From: Cyanidioschyzon merolae
Lineage: Eukaryota
Assembly (NCBI GenBank): GCA_000091205.1
Contig: AP006497.2
Reading direction: 5' to 3' (one strand)
Length of the DNA stretch: 64,000 nt
Shown here: positions 61,678-64,000 of the stretch, in pieces
Position numbering within the stretch: the first letter of the stretch is position 1
How the letters are laid out: each line of letters opens with the position of its first letter
Translations under genes and position numbers: made by a program
Notes under the pieces: generated by a model
What the model was told of the DNA's origin: nothing
What the model saw: the letters and a program-made list of their open reading frames with translations, nothing else
Database searches by the model: none

Positions 61678-64000
61678 AGCACCGGATGAAACATCCACGC
61701 TCGAGAACATGCTTAGATCTTTCGATCCATCTACGCTCCCTTCTTGCAAAGTGGCAGTGAACGCTCCCTTGCATCGATCGCTACGTGAATTCAAGTCCGA
61801 GTCCATGACCGGGTTCCATGTAAACAGAAGAGACGCGAGGTACTCGAAGTGTATGTATTGAACGGAATCATGCTGTGGTGGAAAGCCGTTTCGTCGATGT
61901 CTACGTAGAAAGGAGGATTTCTCTTTCTAACGGGATGGATGATTTCAAGTGGCAGGGTCAGTGAATGTTCTGCAGGCGCTTATGAAGAGGTTTCGATATC
62001 GAACGTCGAGCTTGTTTTCTTCGGCAGAACGGCGGCGCGCGTTGCTGCACCTGCATTCAGACTTGAAACACGAAGGTCAAAAAATGGAAGCATGCTCACT
62101 TCGATCATGTTCTATATCAAGAAAACGGGAAGACTCGGAACTTGCACATTTGCATTGTATCATCATGTCGGATAGTTCACGAATCTCTGTTCGAGGGTGT
62201 CTGGTACCAGATTGATTCCGGTGACGTTTCCACTTGGTGCGGCAAATCGTCGACAGAGCCACTAGGTTCCGGTCGATACCCCTTCAAACTGTGTATGAAT
62301 CCGCAAGCCGTTCCTGCGACACATGAAACGTCCAGACTGTACAGCTGGAAATAGTTTGGAAAGAAGCTCGAGTCCAGGAACACATCGTGCACTACAGTGT
62401 TCCATTTTAATATGAAACGGATGTTGAGGGTCGAAACGGGAAAATCAAAGCGTTCCGGTGACGTCAAACGCTTCGAATCGTGTTTGGGTATGTTCGTATC
62501 GTCATGTTTAGAGCAGTACGGCAGATCAGGCGTCTCGTTCGCCTTGAACGAAACCATTGGCAAGATACGCTTCATGGGTGGACATGGCGCGGTGCTACCA
62601 TTGTTCACGTGTCCCGCTATTGCCTAGCACTGTCATCCCTTCGATGATAATCTGGTAGAATGCAGACTACTCAACAGGGAATCATAAACGCTTGCGCTGG
62701 GGTCGGTGGCACTGCTTTCGTCGCTTCACGCCAGCTCTGAACGAAGGCTTCACCCCGTCCAGATTCTTGCGCCGATTTCTTTGAAGGCGATCCTGTCTCT
62801 GAAAGAGTCGAACTTCGTACTGGGACCGGTTCCAAGGCTTTTGTATCGGTGCTGCACCTATAGGTGCTCGAACGGAGAATCATCTATCGTCAGGGGCGTA
62901 CACCTTGAGCGCCTGCATGGAACGGCACAGGCGGGTCCGTCTTGCATCACCGACGAATGCCGAGCGTGTTTGTGCCGAATCCAGTATTTTCGTATCATCG
63001 GTGTAGAGGCTACTACAAAGAACAAGTCGAAAAACGGATGGAATCAGTGTCCGTAGATATTTAAGGGTGTATGCGGCTCGTCATGCAGAGCGCTTTTGAT
63101 ACAGACAGGCAGTCATGCCGGCATCAACGCCGGCGACGAATGCTCTTCGCTAGAAATACCCAGCTGGTTCCTGCTCTGCAAACAATTTTAGGACTATACA
63201 CGGCATCCGCTGAGCAGGAGTCCTCGCCTATCCCATGTGGTGTTGCGATGCATGGTCGCCTTATCGCCACTGGTTAGCGCCAGCGACGAGCGCAGAGACG
63301 CTTTCGAGTGTATGGCGAGAGGCATCTGCCGGCATTTAAGGCTCACGCGGGCGCTGTTAGTGAGCGATAAGTACAAATCGTATACTACATGGTTCACCAC
63401 GAGACGCCTTCACAATCGGGTACAGAGAGCGCTGCAGACAGCGCAAGTTGCCATGTTCACCAGCTGCTGCACTTTCTACCTCATCCGCGAGAGTCTCGGG
63501 CTGTTTCCACACCACGAGAAGCAGCAAAAGAGGCGATGCAACAACGGATCCTGGACGTGCGCCTGCTTGTCTCTACTCGTTGTTGTTGCTGCTGTTGCTG
63601 CTCTCCATTCGAAGTCGTCTAAGGAGCATGGGTAGACGACGGGCGCGCACGCCCCGCATCACCTTATCCAGCCGTTCGAGCGCACTGCGCATCTCCAGGA
63701 GACGTTGTCGCTCTGCTGTTTCTGGTGTAGTATGATGGGCCAGCCAGAAACTAATCCTCGTGACCGCCTGTACGCGACTGCCTCGTCCCTCTGGACCGCT
63801 TCGCGCTGGCGACCGGGGACTCGTCTCCGACTCGGTCTCACACTGCGTCAGCTCCGACAGCGACGGCTCTTCCATGGTACCCAGCACCGGCGTCAAGCCG
63901 TGCAACTCCGGCGAGACGCTGCCCTGTGATGCAGGTGTAAAAAGCTCCACCCGTGCCGCATCGAAAGCGAACTCCAAAGCGTCTCGAATCAGAGAAACAA

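Noticed and set aside
61002-61774. Three similar minus-strand ORFs (MLFHHGRHRNP...IYRVERRTLA...)
   Set aside because: They are translations through the 64-bp tandem repeat. Their similarity just reflects the repeat.
63573-63977. 134-aa minus-strand ORF near the window end
   Set aside because: It might be the 3' part of a gene that continues beyond the window, but it has no identifiable domain and is truncated by the window edge.
1-64000. Prokaryotic interpretation (operons, defence islands, GTG/TTG starts as in the ORF track)
   Set aside because: The gene content (STT3, GSK3, SLC35B, an F-box/LRR gene, a TIC236-like gene) is eukaryotic. Spacers are kilobase-sized and there is no strand-coherent operon structure. 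Several track starts are GTG/TTG artefacts upstream of the first real ATG.

Overview
This 64-kb window looks like eukaryotic nuclear DNA at roughly 58–60% GC, most likely from a photosynthetic alga. It is not prokaryotic. Gene density is moderate: about 19 protein genes, each read as one long uninterrupted ORF, separated by 0.5–3 kb spacers. Genes sit on both strands and show no operon structure.

The products I recognise are typical eukaryotic or plastid-related proteins:
- Mg-chelatase subunit H (ChlH, 1424 aa, apparently intronless)
- the oligosaccharyltransferase catalytic subunit STT3
- a GSK3/shaggy-type kinase
- an M16 insulinase-type peptidase
- ribulose-phosphate 3-epimerase
- a UPF0016 / GDT1 / PAM71-type cation transporter
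- an SLC35B-type nucleotide-sugar transporter
- a bacterial-type RlmH rRNA methyltransferase
- a TrmA/RumA-type RNA methyltransferase
- an F-box/LRR protein
- a DUF1992 (DNAJC28 C-terminal-like) protein
- a giant (~2000 aa) TamB/TIC236-like protein split over two reading frames

ChlH and RlmH both carry an N-terminal F-V-A motif of the kind used in rhodophyte/glaucophyte-type plastid transit peptides. Together with the near absence of introns this hints at a red-algal-like lineage, but that is an inference.

The most interesting content is a family of TnpB/Fanzor-like RuvC-nuclease elements (Fanzor being the eukaryotic TnpB homologue). There are two near-identical ~1.9-kb direct copies at 6651–8560 and 16372–18280, and a third, decayed copy at about 32.3–33.3 kb. 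All three carry the hallmark C-terminal RuvC-III motif D-x-N-A-A-I-N-I, and the two intact copies also have a G-x-D-x-G RuvC-I-like motif.

I also see two copies of a short poly(A)-tailed retroposon, each flanked by perfect 12-bp target-site duplications, with a conserved 15-codon micro-ORF. There are two unrelated minisatellites (62 bp ×5, 64 bp ×6) flanking a coiled-coil gene, plus several coding and non-coding microsatellites.

The supplied ORF track accepts GTG/TTG as start codons. I moved gene starts to the first in-frame ATG where I could. True 5' ends, and any introns, remain uncertain.
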